A stretch of DNA of 63,866 bases, filler included, from Octopus bimaculoides (lineage: Eukaryota), in the NCBI RefSeq assembly GCF_001194135.2. It is 4 parts of 3 records of this genome, joined end to end, with 100 filler letters (N's around TTAATTAATTAA, not from the genome) between each part and the next. Parts side by side here need not be neighbours in the genome. Positions count along the whole stretch, not along the records: positions 1 to 29,796 come from NC_068981.1; 3 more parts are not named here. One strand, given 5' to 3'. Of this stretch, positions 15,331 to 27,700 are shown piece after piece (the stretch's first letter is position 1; every line of letters starts with the position of its first letter). The notes under the pieces are model-generated. The model was not told where the DNA came from. It did no database searches and was given only the letters and a program-made list of their open reading frames with translations. Both the position numbers and the translations under genes were made by a program.

Positions 15331-15420
15331 AGCCCAGGGAAATAATCCATTCATTTTCCTAGCGAAGGGATGTAACCGATTAATTTTCCTAGCCAAGGGT
15401 AATAACCCAATTATTTTCCT
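15331..15420. repeat. 3 x 30-bp minisatellite
   Basis: agcccagggaaataatccattcattttcct / agcgaagggatgtaaccgattaattttcct / agccaagggtaataacccaattattttcct, exact 30-bp period. Confidence 0.9.
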
Positions 15421-15659
15421 ATATAATTTGGTATAAATCAAGTTGAGTATGCTTATTTCTTAGTATTGAACTGTTAGATTTATTTTCACAATTTCTCCAG
15501 TTCAAGCCTTAAACAAATAAATAGTATTTTTCTAAACAATAGATCCACTTATTTCGGTTGGTGACTTATTCACGAATATACCATGAATGACGATGCCTTT
15601 CATGTCACTTCAGCCCATTGACAAGCGTTGTAGGAAGAACTGTTCTGCTTTTAGACAAA

Positions 15660-16658
15660 TGCACTTTCATCACGAAAGTCACGCCCTGTTTACATGTAGG
15701 AACACCTTCTTAAAATCTATGTGTACATCATGAAAATGGTTAGCCTGTATATTTCACAGAAGACAATGCTCGAAATGTAGTTCTGAATCCACCAGAAACC
15801 ACTTTGAGAGCTTTCTTCAGATTAGGCCAATGTGATCTGTTTGCTTGAATACTGTTGTATGTAGAGGTCCCCGTGTACTATACCTGGGCACACAATAGAT
15901 GGAATAGACGCAAGCAAGGAGCACACGGTGAGGGCTGGGAAGATGCTGTCTTCAGACGTGGGGCCATCGGGCGAATGTACAATGTGCACCCTAATCAGCA
16001 GGAGTGCTTCTTTGCGAATCTACTGCGGCACACTGTCAGACGTCCTACATCATTCACAGGCTTTCGAAGACACAATAAGAAATCTGCACGACCTACAGAG
16101 AAGCATGCGCCAAACATGGACTACTAGAAGATGAATCTCACTGGGACCAGACACTGGGGAAGGCAGTAGTCAGCACAGCACTAAGTCAGCTGCGCCAGCT
16201 ATTTTCTATCATGTTGATGACATGTGGCTTGCGTAAATCTACCAAGCTTTAACGTTCAATAACGCCATTTACAATGAGGCATTACTTGACCTGGAGACCC
16301 AAGTGCAAGCTACGGTAAGTCAAGATAAATTCCACATGGTCTTCCTCAACCGATGCAGGCAGTAAACAACCGCGCAGTTAAGTACTTGTGACAAATCAGC
16401 TATGACATCGAGGAAATGATGGCGTATATATCTGATAAAGAATACATATTGATGGAGGATCAACTGGATGTTTGTAACACCATTATTTCGAGCATTAAAA
16501 ATGAAAGATGAGATCTTTTCTTTATGGATGCTCCAAGTGGAACTGGTAAAACATTTGTCAACAACTTTCTTCTTGCTAAATGGCGCCAAATGAAACACAT
16601 TGCCACAGCAGTGGCGTCAAGTCGAGTAGCTGCAATTCTGTTGAGTGGTGGCTGCACA
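15660..16658 (+). mobile_element. Helitron Rep/helicase relic (frameshifts and stops)
   Basis: Translates to VHHENG*PVYFTEDN..NPPETTLRAFF..LLYVEVPVYYTW..IGRMYNVHPNQQECF..RRPTSF..TYREACAKHGLLEDESHW..LRQLF and PIF1-type motif I region FFMDAPSGTGKTF..AVASSRVAAILLSGG, all characteristic of Helitron RepHel proteins. Confidence 0.92.
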
Positions 16659-17493
16659 GTGACGTGAGGGGCTACGGATTAGAGATAATTTGTGCAGTAC
16701 GCCCGAAATATTACAACGAAATACCTGAAACTTTAGAGCTACCAAATGAAGAAAAGCTGGAGATAATGTTGGAGGGGAGACCCCAAAGTGTTACGAATAT
16801 TGCGAAAGAGGGTACTTGAGAAAGAAATGCCCTAGAGCGGCAGTGGAATTTGTAGAGGAGAGTATTCAGGAGAATATAATAATAGCGAGACAGCAGAAAC
16901 AGATAACAGAACAAAACGGGAACTTTGCAGATGTGAAAGCAAGAAAAAGAGAGAGAAGGAAGTCACCAACGATAGTGAAATTGAAGAGGTACAAAGCAAT
17001 TGAAGAGGTAACTCAACCTACGACGAGAAACTAGGGATATTGACCAGTAGGATCACCAGTAAAGAACATACAAGTACAGAAACATTCAGACCAGCAGACA
17101 CTCAAACACATAGACATGCAAAAGCACAGAAGTAATAACGAACAGAAACAAGATAACTCAGAAGTACGGAAACCTAAAGACATAAACATACAGACGAAAC
17201 ACACAGAATTACAGTCAAACGAACACACAGACACACAAATACACAAACACAGACACACAGATACAATCACACGAAAGCCAAAAACTTCAGAAATATAGAG
17301 ACAGAAAGCGCCAACATGCAAAACTCAAACAAAAAGAAAATTTATAGTGAAATATAGGACACCCCAAAGTTTAAAGAATTTCAAAATTGAAAGGCATAGT
17401 AAAAGAGTGAACCCACTGAGGCCGGAAGTAGATATTGAATCTCGCGCCTCGGTGATGAATTATGTGGACGAAAAGGAGAAGATGAAGTGGTAA
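16659..17493 (+). pseudogene. 5'-truncated gag/ORF1-like relic: zinc-knuckle-like motif, heptad repeats, C-terminal ...VMNYVDEKEKMKW*
   Basis: IPETLELPNEEKLEIMLEGRP, frameshift, then PKCYEYCERGYLRKKCP (degenerate CCHC knuckle context as in L1/Tx1-type ORF1); one frame then runs to TAA 17491-17493 with only three internal stops. Confidence 0.6.
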
Positions 17494-17758
17494 GTCGTCA
17501 TTTATGTTAGAAAATGTCAAATAGTTCTTTATTGCCCACTAGGGCCTAACATAGATTGGACAATACACACATGCGGGGACAATCAACACATGACAGAATG
17601 GAATAGTGAAATTATGCAATGAAGATGGAACGGCCACCCCAGGCCCGCTCCGGGATGGTTACGTTATTTCAATTATTTCAACAGTTCTTTCAAAATTATT
17701 TCAACAATTTTCAAAAGTTCTTTTCAAAATTATCCCAACAGTTCTTTTAAAACTCTAC

Positions 17759-18379
17759 TTACCATTTTATATAGTTTTTAATTTCCTCATAGTTCACCAC
17801 TGGAGCGCTGGGTCGAAATTCACCTCGGGCCCCAGTTGGGTTTATATCTATTGGGAAAGCCTCTTTTAACTTTCTATACTTATCATTTTCCATCAAAATC
17901 CATCTCGTCTCCTTACCGTAACCCCCCGAGAGGTCCACTTTAACAATGTCTTTCATTTTAGTTATTTTCCTTTCTATTTTTTTTTTTTTTTGTGACGACC
18001 GACATGTTATCAAATATATTCTGTTCCTGCGTATCTCTTGCGCCTGTATGTCTGTTATTTTTTTGTGTTTGTGACTCTGTACTATCACGTGTCTGTTCTT
18101 GTATATTTCTTTGTAGCTGTATGTCCGTGTGTTTCTTTGTCTGCGGGTTTGCATGTTTGCGTTATTGTAAGTCTGCATGTTGTGTCTGTGTGTCTGTGCT
18201 TTCAGGTTCTGTGCTTTCAGGTTCTGCAACTCTGTGTTATCGTTTACGCTTTCGTGTATGTATGTCTGTGTGTTTATGCGTCTGTGAATCTTTCTGTTTG
18301 TGTGATTGTGAGTCTGTATGTTTATTTGGTGATGTTTTGCTTTTATCTTCTTTCCTCGGTGATCCCACTTGATCTTGTG
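17759..18379 (-). pseudogene. Diverged paralog of the 16659-17493 ORF, opposite strand, 5' part lost in N gap
   Basis: Reads QVGSPRK..KHTDSQSHKQKDSQTHKHTDIH..KHTDIQ.., frameshift in the A-run near 17980-17991, then INPTGARGEFRPSAPVVNYEEIKNYIKW*; shares VGSP, the heptads and the NP..A.V.NY..KW* end with the + copy. Confidence 0.6.
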
Positions 18380-18809
18380 NNNNNNNNNNNNNNNNNNNNN
18401 NNNNNNNNNNNNNNNNNNNNNNNNNNNNNNNNNNNNNNNNNNNNNNNNNNNNNNNNNNNNNNNNNNNNNNNNNNNNNNNNNNNNNNNNNNNNNNNNNNNN
18501 NNNNNNNNNNNNNNNNNNNNNNNNNNNNNNNNNNNNNNNNNNNNNNNNNNNNNNNNNNNNNNNNNNNNNNNNNNNNNNNNNNNNNNNNNNNNNNNNNNNN
18601 NNNNNNNNNNNNNNNNNNNNNNNNNNNNNNNNNNNNNNNNNNNNNNNNNNNNNNNNNNNNNNNNNNNNNNNNNNNNNNNNNNNNNNNNNNNNNNNNNNNN
18701 NNNNNNNNNNNNNNNNNNNNNNNNNNNNNNNNNNNNNNNNNNNNNNNNNNNNNNNNNNNNNNNNNNNNNNNNNNNNNNNNNTGTATGTATGTATGTATGT
18801 ATGTATGTA

Positions 18810-18848
<39 letters not shown>

Positions 18849-19525
18849 GAAGAAATAACAATAGGGGAAAAAATTTCCTCAAGGGGAGAGCATCGCTGAG
18901 AGAGACACTTTTTCTTTATATATATGTACTTATTTTATTATGCTTCTATATAATTCATTCTTTATTAATTTGTTTCTTTTTCCTCGAGTAGATGCAGATA
19001 AATTCTAATTTATTTCATTTTAATTTGGAAATTATCAATGCACCGTAACATGAGACGGGGCTACATGCTCATTTAAAACATTTAGGAACTATATAAACGA
19101 TCGACTTTACTTTTCTTTTTTTTTCTTTTTTCTTTTTTAAATGGTGGCGACAAAAGATGTGAAAGATGGTGGAGCACTAAAAGCCCGAAGTCACTTGAAA
19201 TTGAGATTACATTACACAGAAAACGATCGATATTTTTTTTATTTCTTCTACTTTAATAGTGGAGGACAAAAATTTGACTGATAGAAAGTCTCTTACGTGT
19301 TTAAGATTTCATTCTGGGAATATTTCAAGGGTTTTATTTATTTCTTCCATTTATCATTATTTGTTTTATTTTATTTTCCAGTGCGTATTCGGCTTGTTTG
19401 TTAGTTCTTCGTGTAGATACGATTACCGTTTTCTCTACAAACTACATACACACCCTCTTTAGTTCTTTTTGGGTGCGACTGTATATATATGTATATATAT
19501 AAACATATATATTTATATACATATG

Positions 19526-19556
<31 letters not shown>

Positions 19557-19822
19557 CTGAAAGGATCAAATCTGATTTAAATTCCTTGGTACTTTAAGTT
19601 TCAAAGCTTGATGCTAATCGTCAGCCATTGGAAATTTCCAATAGCTGAGGATCAGCTTCATGCTTTGAATATTAAAGTACCAAGAGAATTGAATCAAACT
19701 GTTTTGATCCTTCCATACATACATGCATACATACATACATACATACATACATATTTACATACATACGTACATACATACATGCATATTTACATACATACAT
19801 ATATATATATATNNNNNNNNNN

Positions 19823-19864
<42 letters not shown>

Positions 19865-19865
<1 letters not shown>

Positions 19866-20090
19866 CTATGTATATATCTATGTGTGTTTGTTTGTCTGCG
19901 TTTGTCCTCCACCACAGCTTGACAACCTGTGTTGGTTGTTTACCTTCCCGTAAAACTGCCGTTCTGCAAAATACACCGATAAAATAAGTACCAGGTTTTA
20001 ACAAATGTCTTGGGGATCGATTTGCTTGACTAAAACCCTTCAAGGCGGTGCCTAGCTTGATGGCAGTCAACTGAAATAAGTGAAAGGTAG
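19865..20090 (+). mobile_element. SINE family A, 3' half
   Basis: gcttgacaacc..aataagtaccagg..ggggatcgatttgcttgactaaa..aaggcggtgc, matching the other family A tails. Confidence 0.8.
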
Positions 20091-20100
20091 CATCAAAAGT

Positions 20101-20488
20101 GTCAAACAGCTAGTTTTACATCTCTGAATGAGATCTTAACGAGATCAGTGACTGTCTGTCACTTCTATATTTATATACTGTGAGTAGAGTTGAGTAAGCT
20201 GCTCTCTCTAGCCGGCGGTTGTCCAGCACCGAGGACAGGAAAGTACCCAGGAACCGTTGGTGTGTTGGTATTGCTAGTGGCTAGGAGAGAGTCTTGCTCC
20301 CTTGGTCACAGTATATTTCAGACACAGATTGTGTGTCGATAACCAGCTGAAAAAAATATTTTCCTGTGTTTAAAAGGTAGCAATATGGTCCTACGCAAGA
20401 CTGCCACCTTACGTTGTTAAATAGATTTTACTATGTAATATAGTTGCTACTTAGATCTCATTCAGAGATTTAAAACTAGCTGTTTTAC
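20101..20488. mobile_element. MITE / fold-back element with ~33-35-bp terminal inverted repeats
   Basis: 20104-20136 aaacagctagttttacatctctgaatgagatct versus 20453-20485 agatctcattcagagatttaaaactagctgttt (1 mismatch); further internal inverted segments. Confidence 0.85.
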
Positions 20489-21581
20489 TGATATATATTT
20501 ACATGCGCAAATATGTGTTTGTTGCGTTTGTCTGCCATCTAATTAGACATCTTTGGTATCGTTATCAAATATTCTTTGTTTCTCTTGCTGATCTTGATAT
20601 TTTTTGTGTCTCTTTGACAAAAGGTAACACCTAAACGTTAGATTCCCCTCTATAACTTTTTCTTGCAGTTTTTTCATCATTGTATATTTCTCCAATTGTT
20701 GTGTTTTTGCCTTGTATTTCTACGCAATTTTCAGCTTTGTACATTCATTAGTCTTTCTCTATTTAATATTTGTTCCTTTGTTTTCCTGTTGACTTATAAT
20801 AATCTTACTTTTGTGATTGTTATCTATCTATATTTTATACATAATTATATATGAGAGTTTATACGTGTATGCATGTGTGGTGGGGAGACTGTTTTTAATT
20901 AATTTCAGATGAGACTCACAAAGTATATTTTCAACATTTTTCTTTTTTAACAGATTATGAAATATCTCTGTTACACTTATCTCCTGCAAATATTAGTAAT
21001 GTTGTTGTTTCTAAGAGTAATTGGCAAACATATAGATATAGAAACATTAGACTTACGAAGTACAAATATTATTGAATCAATTACTGTCTGTGAAAGGATG
21101 AAATCAGAAAACAATCTTCAAATGGTGTGCATGAAGTAAATGCTGTTTACTTGGTAATTATCAAGAGTATATGATGCCTGGTTGAATTGATCCTATTCTA
21201 TCCCTTACCTATTGCATGACTTATCCCTTAATGTGGTAGAATGTGATTTCAAGGAGATATTCCTCTTATCTATAAGCAGTAATTCGAGTGGTCCATTCAA
21301 TTTTGTTATGTCTGTTTTTGCAAGCATCAGGTATGCAAACAATTATATGCTTCCCCTTGTATACATCCTGGTTAAAATAATATCCTCTGATACTACTATA
21401 CAATAGGCTAATAGAATATACTTTGTTTCATAAAATAGTAAATTTGCAATAATTGAGGCTAGAGGAAATATATTTACTACATTGCTGACGTCATATGAAT
21501 TCTATAAACTTCCCAAAACACCTGACATAATTCTTTTGTGAATGGTGATCTCGAAGCACACGTAATGTTACGAGTACTAGC

Positions 21582-21637
<56 letters not shown>

Positions 21638-22639
21638 TGTTAAATTATGTTTTTCTCCTCAAGCAGTCGAAATTGAGAGGTTTACTCTGTCATACTACCA
21701 ATTTCCGACCTTCATTACGTTTAGTAAGACCACTTTTACATGATGTGTGTCTCTGCTAATAGCATCAATAGTGATGAATGGTTTTTGACATCCATTAGGC
21801 TACGGAAGTCTCCAGCATATAACATCTGATATGCATTGTTGTTCAGAATTCCTGATTAAAATCATCAGTTGTCAACACAATCGACGACACCACCCTTCAC
21901 ACGACTACCCATTGCACTTTTTTCTACCTATCTGTCGACTCACCACTTCTGCTACTACTACTTATCCCGTGGTCACTCGCCCTCTCCCTCTCCCTGCGCT
22001 ATCTCTTCTATTTGTTCTTACCCTTCCTCTGTTTCAACACTGCCCTCCACCTGAACTACATACATCCTCCTTCCACCAACGTCTTATTTGCCGTTTTCTC
22101 CATTCTACCCTTAAATTCTTTCTGAATTGCCAGGTTGCCTGGTGCCAATCTTTCCACCTTTAAGACGGATGCCAGTTTATGGTAATGTTTATATGCATCC
22201 GCTACTGGTTGCATACCTTTGCCTCTTTACACACTCTATCTGCCAACATTACATCTACTATTTCAGCAAAAACAGGAGCTGAAATATCGAGACCCCCTCC
22301 CCGTAGTTTTCTGTATTTTCTGTACTCCATATAAATTTGTTCTGTAAATATATTAATATTCATCAGCTTATACACAAGTATTCATCTGGATATTTTCAGT
22401 TTTTGTTACTCTCTACATGTATCCTCATATATATTTACATGTATTTAAGCATGTATGTACATTTTATATGTCAAATCCGAGCGTGATTATTTGCATTAAT
22501 ATCTTCATATCAGCTCACATGGATTCCTCTTATAACCATTGATTACCAAGTGGACTCAGTCCTAGATAAAGATTTCAGTTCAAATCATTTGAGCACTACA
22601 TCATGTTTTCCATATTGAGAATCTCTTAACCTCACCTGG

Positions 22640-22707
<68 letters not shown>

Positions 22708-23343
22708 GCAAACACAAACACACACACTTTCACTCTGTATACACACACACACAAATATATATTGTTTGTCCTAAATGACTTCGGAAGTGAAGGGGGATAC
22801 CTGAAACATTTGAGGGTTAGGTTCAAGTTATCACTTTTTCGCTAGTTCCGTCATATTCGTATCAAATGCATATTACAAATTTTCTCCTTTTTCTGAATGA
22901 ACAGAGGATGCGAGAATTATTTGAGAAAATATTTTGTAATTTAATAAACCAACTCTTATCCAGCAAACATTATATGGATATTCTGCATAAATTTTATTAT
23001 AGTCTTATACTACAAAAGAGAAGCTGATCACCTATGAAGAGAGAAGGTTGAAAGTGGATTCGATAGGGGAGATAGCCCCGTCACAAGGAATATTTAGGAG
23101 GAGAAGAGAGGGGAATAAAAAGTTGTTGTTGAGAAATATAGTGAGAGTTAGGGAAAGGGAAAGAGACAGAGAGGGAGTATGTGTGTGTGTATCATTGGGA
23201 CTATTATAGTAAGCTTCTGCTGAAGTATCTATTTCCTCTTAACTAGGTCGTGACCCGGCATCGAGGCGATGGCAACACGTCTAGTATTATCTATCCAGCT
23301 AGGATGACCGCATTAATGCGCAAGCGGTATCGTTAACTTTCTT

Positions 23344-23520
23344 ATAGGTGCAGGCGTGGCTGTGTGGTGAGAAGCTTGCTTCCTAATCACATGGTTACGG
23401 GTTTAGTGCCACTGTGTGGCAACTCCGCCAGGTATCTTCTACCGTAGCTTAGAGCTGTCCAAAGACTTCTTGGTGGATATGGATGGTAGACGGAAGCTGA
23501 AAAAAGCCGGTCGTGTATGC
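23344..23520 (+). mobile_element. SINE family A, tRNA-like head and central domain
   Basis: aggtgcaggcgtggctgtgtggtgagaagcttgct..atggttacgggtttagtgccactg..ggtagacggaagctgaaaaaagccggtc. Confidence 0.8.
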
Positions 23521-24050
23521 ATGTATGCATGTATGTATGTATGTATGTATGTATGTATACATACATATATNNNNNNNNNNNNNNNNNNNNNNNNNNNNNN
23601 NNNNNNNNNNNNNNNNNNNNNNTATGTATGTATATATATATATGTATGTATGTATGTGTGGCATTATTCTGTAGTAATGCCTCTTATATAAATATAAACG
23701 AATAATTATATTCTTGGGAATAGAAATTTCCTTGTGAATTTTTTTTACACACTGGCTTCCTGATAAAATTCTTGTAAACGGTTTTTATTCCTTTTTGAAT
23801 TTATATATATATATATATACACGACGGGTATATATATGTCCTTGTTCGGTTCTTTTTCAACATTTCTTGCCAATAGTGGAAGAACCGGTTTCTAACCTAG
23901 ATCCCAAACTCCTTCATTGGAATTTCAGCATCAACAGGGTATTTTGTTTATGTATGTATGTATGTATGTATTATATATATTATATATATAATTTATTATA
24001 TATATATATATATATAAATATATACGCATATATGTATACATATATATGTG

Positions 24051-24086
<36 letters not shown>

Positions 24087-24130
24087 CATATGTACATAAA
24101 TATATATGTGTACATATATATACATATATG

Positions 24131-24187
<57 letters not shown>

Positions 24188-24189
24188 AT

Positions 24190-24420
24190 CTATCTTTCTA
24201 GGTGTGTTTGTTTGTGTATGTCACCTACCGCCACTTGACAACCGCTGTTGGTGTTTTTACGTCCCCGTAACTTAGCGATTCAGCAAAAGTGAACGCTAGA
24301 ACAAGTACCAGGTTAAAAAAAAAGTCTTGAGGTTGATTTGTTCGACTAAACCCCTTCAGTGTGCTGTTCCAGCATGGCCGCAGTTGAATGACTGAAAGGA
24401 ATAAAAGATAAATGATAAAA
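24190..24420 (+). mobile_element. SINE family A, 3' half
   Basis: cacttgacaaccgctgttggtgtttttacgtccccgtaacttagcg..ccagcatggccgcagt. Confidence 0.85.
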
Positions 24421-24429
24421 GATGCCAGC

Positions 24430-25200
24430 CCTTAATGGCGCTTATTCATTTCGGATATCGCCTGAACAACGTCGACTTTCAGTGAAGCTTTCGAGAATGT
24501 CAATTGGTGTTCCTTTTAATTGCGCCCCATATGTAGTATTATTTCATGGTATTGAAATCTGGCAAGTTTGACGGCAAAAAATTTGGTGTCACATGACCGT
24601 ACAAATTGTCTGACATCCATTGTTGGGTTCGTAAATTTTGTGAGATGTGGTATCTTGAAGCACGACAACCTTCTACTGCGTTGTCCATCCACCTAGATCT
24701 TAACAACAGTTTCCGTCACTTCCACGTGTCCAGCAACATTATTTTTAAGATCCTGCGGAATGATGCGAGGTGACATGACATGCTATTCGTTTGTCATCAA
24801 TCCCACAACCATCACAGTTGCTGGAAACTTAATGTGCAACACTCTCATGACATGAAGAAGCCTCTGAACATAACAAGCTGCCATTTTTCCTATTACACTT
24901 TTGAGCTTAGCTGCAGATTTTCTCATAGAGTAGAACCAATGTATAACGTGTTCGTAAGAGATTATTTTCACCTTATTAAGTAACCGTTTGGCAAAAATTA
25001 AATGGTTTTCCTGTATTATTGCAGATATGAGCTTGCTTCTCTTCAGTATATACGACTTGCGTCTAATGTCCTCCTGCACAACAGGTCTGATAGACCACTC
25101 CGACACCTGAAGTTCTTTGATGCTGGCTCACGTTGCTTTTCCCGGTATCATCATTGATATTGTGTTCAGCCCACTGGATGAATTGCAGTGTCCTAAAATT
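24430..25200 (-). mobile_element. Tc1/mariner transposase relic (maT/DD37D-like)
   Basis: Minus-strand pieces VSEWSIRPVVQEDIRRKSY, KFPATVMVVG, HVMSPRIIPQDL, QWMSDNLYGHVTPNFLPSNLPDFNTMK*YYIWG (degenerate WPPNSPDLNPLDYYVWG). The subfamily call is by resemblance only. Confidence 0.85.
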
Positions 25201-27323
25201 TAGAATGTTATTTTTCTTTTATACAGCTGAAATATTCCGCCAGAGTCTTCCAATAAAATTTGAACATTGTGTACAAAAGATATTGCAATATGTAGAAAGT
25301 TAGGAATTTCTAAGTCACTCTTTCCACACTTATGGTAAGAATGATTGCAAGTATTCTTTTATTTCTTGTATTAGCAATTTATTTGCCATAAGAGATCGGA
25401 AAGAAATGAAAAACCTTTTAAATAATCTGAAGATAGTAATGTACTACTAGCTAAGCGTCCTCAAATACCCCCCTAACCTTGTAAAGTATTTCGCTCCTTC
25501 AGTATTAGTCAACCCATCGGCCTCTATGCAGTCGCTAGGATTGCAAGAAATAGTTTCTAAATATACCTCAAATGATACACTACCTTCTTTAAAAGAAGAA
25601 AACAATGAGCATTATTGTCATAAACATACAAATCGACAAGTAGCTCGATCAGATCTGATTTTACTCGATACATTTGAAGTGAATATGCTACGTACATAAC
25701 TGCAAACGACCAGGGGAGGTTTACGAACTGATAATACTTAAACCGTCAACTTGCCGACTACATGATGCTAAACTCAATTAAACACTTTATTATTTAGAAA
25801 GAACCTTTATTACCTAAGTCGTTAATAATTCACAGCTGTACTTCTTTATAAGTTATGTTTAACTATGATCTTAATAGTTTCTGCTATATGTGAGTCTGTT
25901 AGTATAATACATTTCTGACTGCAAAATAGCGTCTTAGTAGCTGAATTTGCTGTCTTTCATTACCTTGAGCAACAGATTAAAAAATTCTCAACAAGATTAG
26001 AATATTTAAATGTGACTAAGAATGTGTATGTGTGTGTGCATGTATTTATATACGTAGATATGTATGTACGTAAGTATGTATGTTTCTATGTATGCATGTA
26101 GGTTTGTATGTATCTATGGTGTATGAACGTTTATGTTTATGCATGTATGTGGACTTGTGTATCAGTGCGTGTGTGTGTGTTTGTCTGTACGTGTGTGGAA
26201 AGAGAGAAAGAGAGAGAGAGAGCTAGAGAGTAATCGGAGTTAATTTATTTTAAATGAAAATATAGCATTAGAAATTCTTTTCAAAATCATAGGGAAAATG
26301 ACAAACAACCAAGAAAAAAGAAGATATACAGGAAATTTAAAATGCGCTCTAAGAGAAAAAGAAACTAAACATAGAAACAGAATTGATATTTTAAGACTAG
26401 AAATTATTTAATTGATTTCTAAAAAAAACACAGAGAATTAACTAAAGATTTCCCCTCGAACACTCAATGGTTAGCTTAATGAACATTTTTCTAGCGTTAC
26501 AGAACTTACACGGAAAATTTAAAATACCTTCATGTAGTAAGTAGTTTCTGCTAAAGATAGAAGCAAATAGAACAAATTGGCATTTAAGGTCAAATTATTT
26601 AATTACTTTCTAAAATTGCTACGAAATATATTCATTGTTGCCTATAAAACATAAATTATATATGAATAATGATTTAACTGCCAGGCGCTATTCTTAGCAT
26701 ACAGAAAATTTCATGAATCTTCGTTCATTGCTATATTGCGTATATGATGATACCTTGTCTTAGAGTGGTTATTACTATATTCAGTTCACAGCCATGTTAT
26801 TGAGAGGAGTTCTCTAAATTCGGCACTTGCCAGTTATAGTAAGCAAATTCATAAGTGTATTCGAACAGACACATTAGAGGAAGCATTCGTTACTTACTTT
26901 AATCACCTCCCATACGTAATTTATTGCTTATTTACACGACATGTGTGAATGTATGTATGTATGTATGTATGTATGTATATATATAGGTATGTATGTATGT
27001 ATGTATGAATTAATAGCAGCTAAGAGACAATATCTAAAAAGGTCCAATAGCATGTACTAGGATAATTAAGTTAAGTTAGGTCGTATTGAATATCGGACAC
27101 GATGCCTTTTCAATTTATTGAAAATTCCAAGTTATGCAGGGAAAATAAGTTGTGGCAATTGATGGCAAATCTGAAAGACAGGAATTCAAGAAATAAAAAA
27201 TAGTAAATTCTGGTTAGAACAAAATGTGCGTGTGTATGCATGTGTATGTGTTTATTTATGCGTGTACGTGTGTTTGTAATATGTGTTTATGTTATGTGAT
27301 GTGTGTGTGGGTTGTGTGAGTAT

Positions 27324-27379
<56 letters not shown>

Positions 27380-27648
27380 ATACATATATATGTGTTTTGG
27401 GGAACAATGTACCTCAAAACATGTAAAACTATGAATGATTGCTTGTAAATGTTAGGCTGAAAACCCTTGTCGGATAAAGTCCGGCAGCCTTGGCCTTTTA
27501 CTAATCCAAAAGGTTTTTCAAACTAATATTTACATGTTATTATTTATAACATTGTGCACTTCGAGATCCACTTTTCCATACAGTGACCATATATGTACGT
27601 ATATACATACATACATACATACATACATACATACATACGTACATACAT

Positions 27649-27700
<52 letters not shown>

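Noticed and set aside
17625-17660. GC-rich 35-mer tested as an HDV-like ribozyme
   Set aside because: A P3-like CCC/GGG hairpin exists, but there is no P2 partner or P4/J4-2 downstream on either strand.
19041-19071. ccgt..acgg hairpin as a possible Helitron 3' end
   Set aside because: Not followed by CTRR, and 2.4 kb from the helicase relic with other elements in between.
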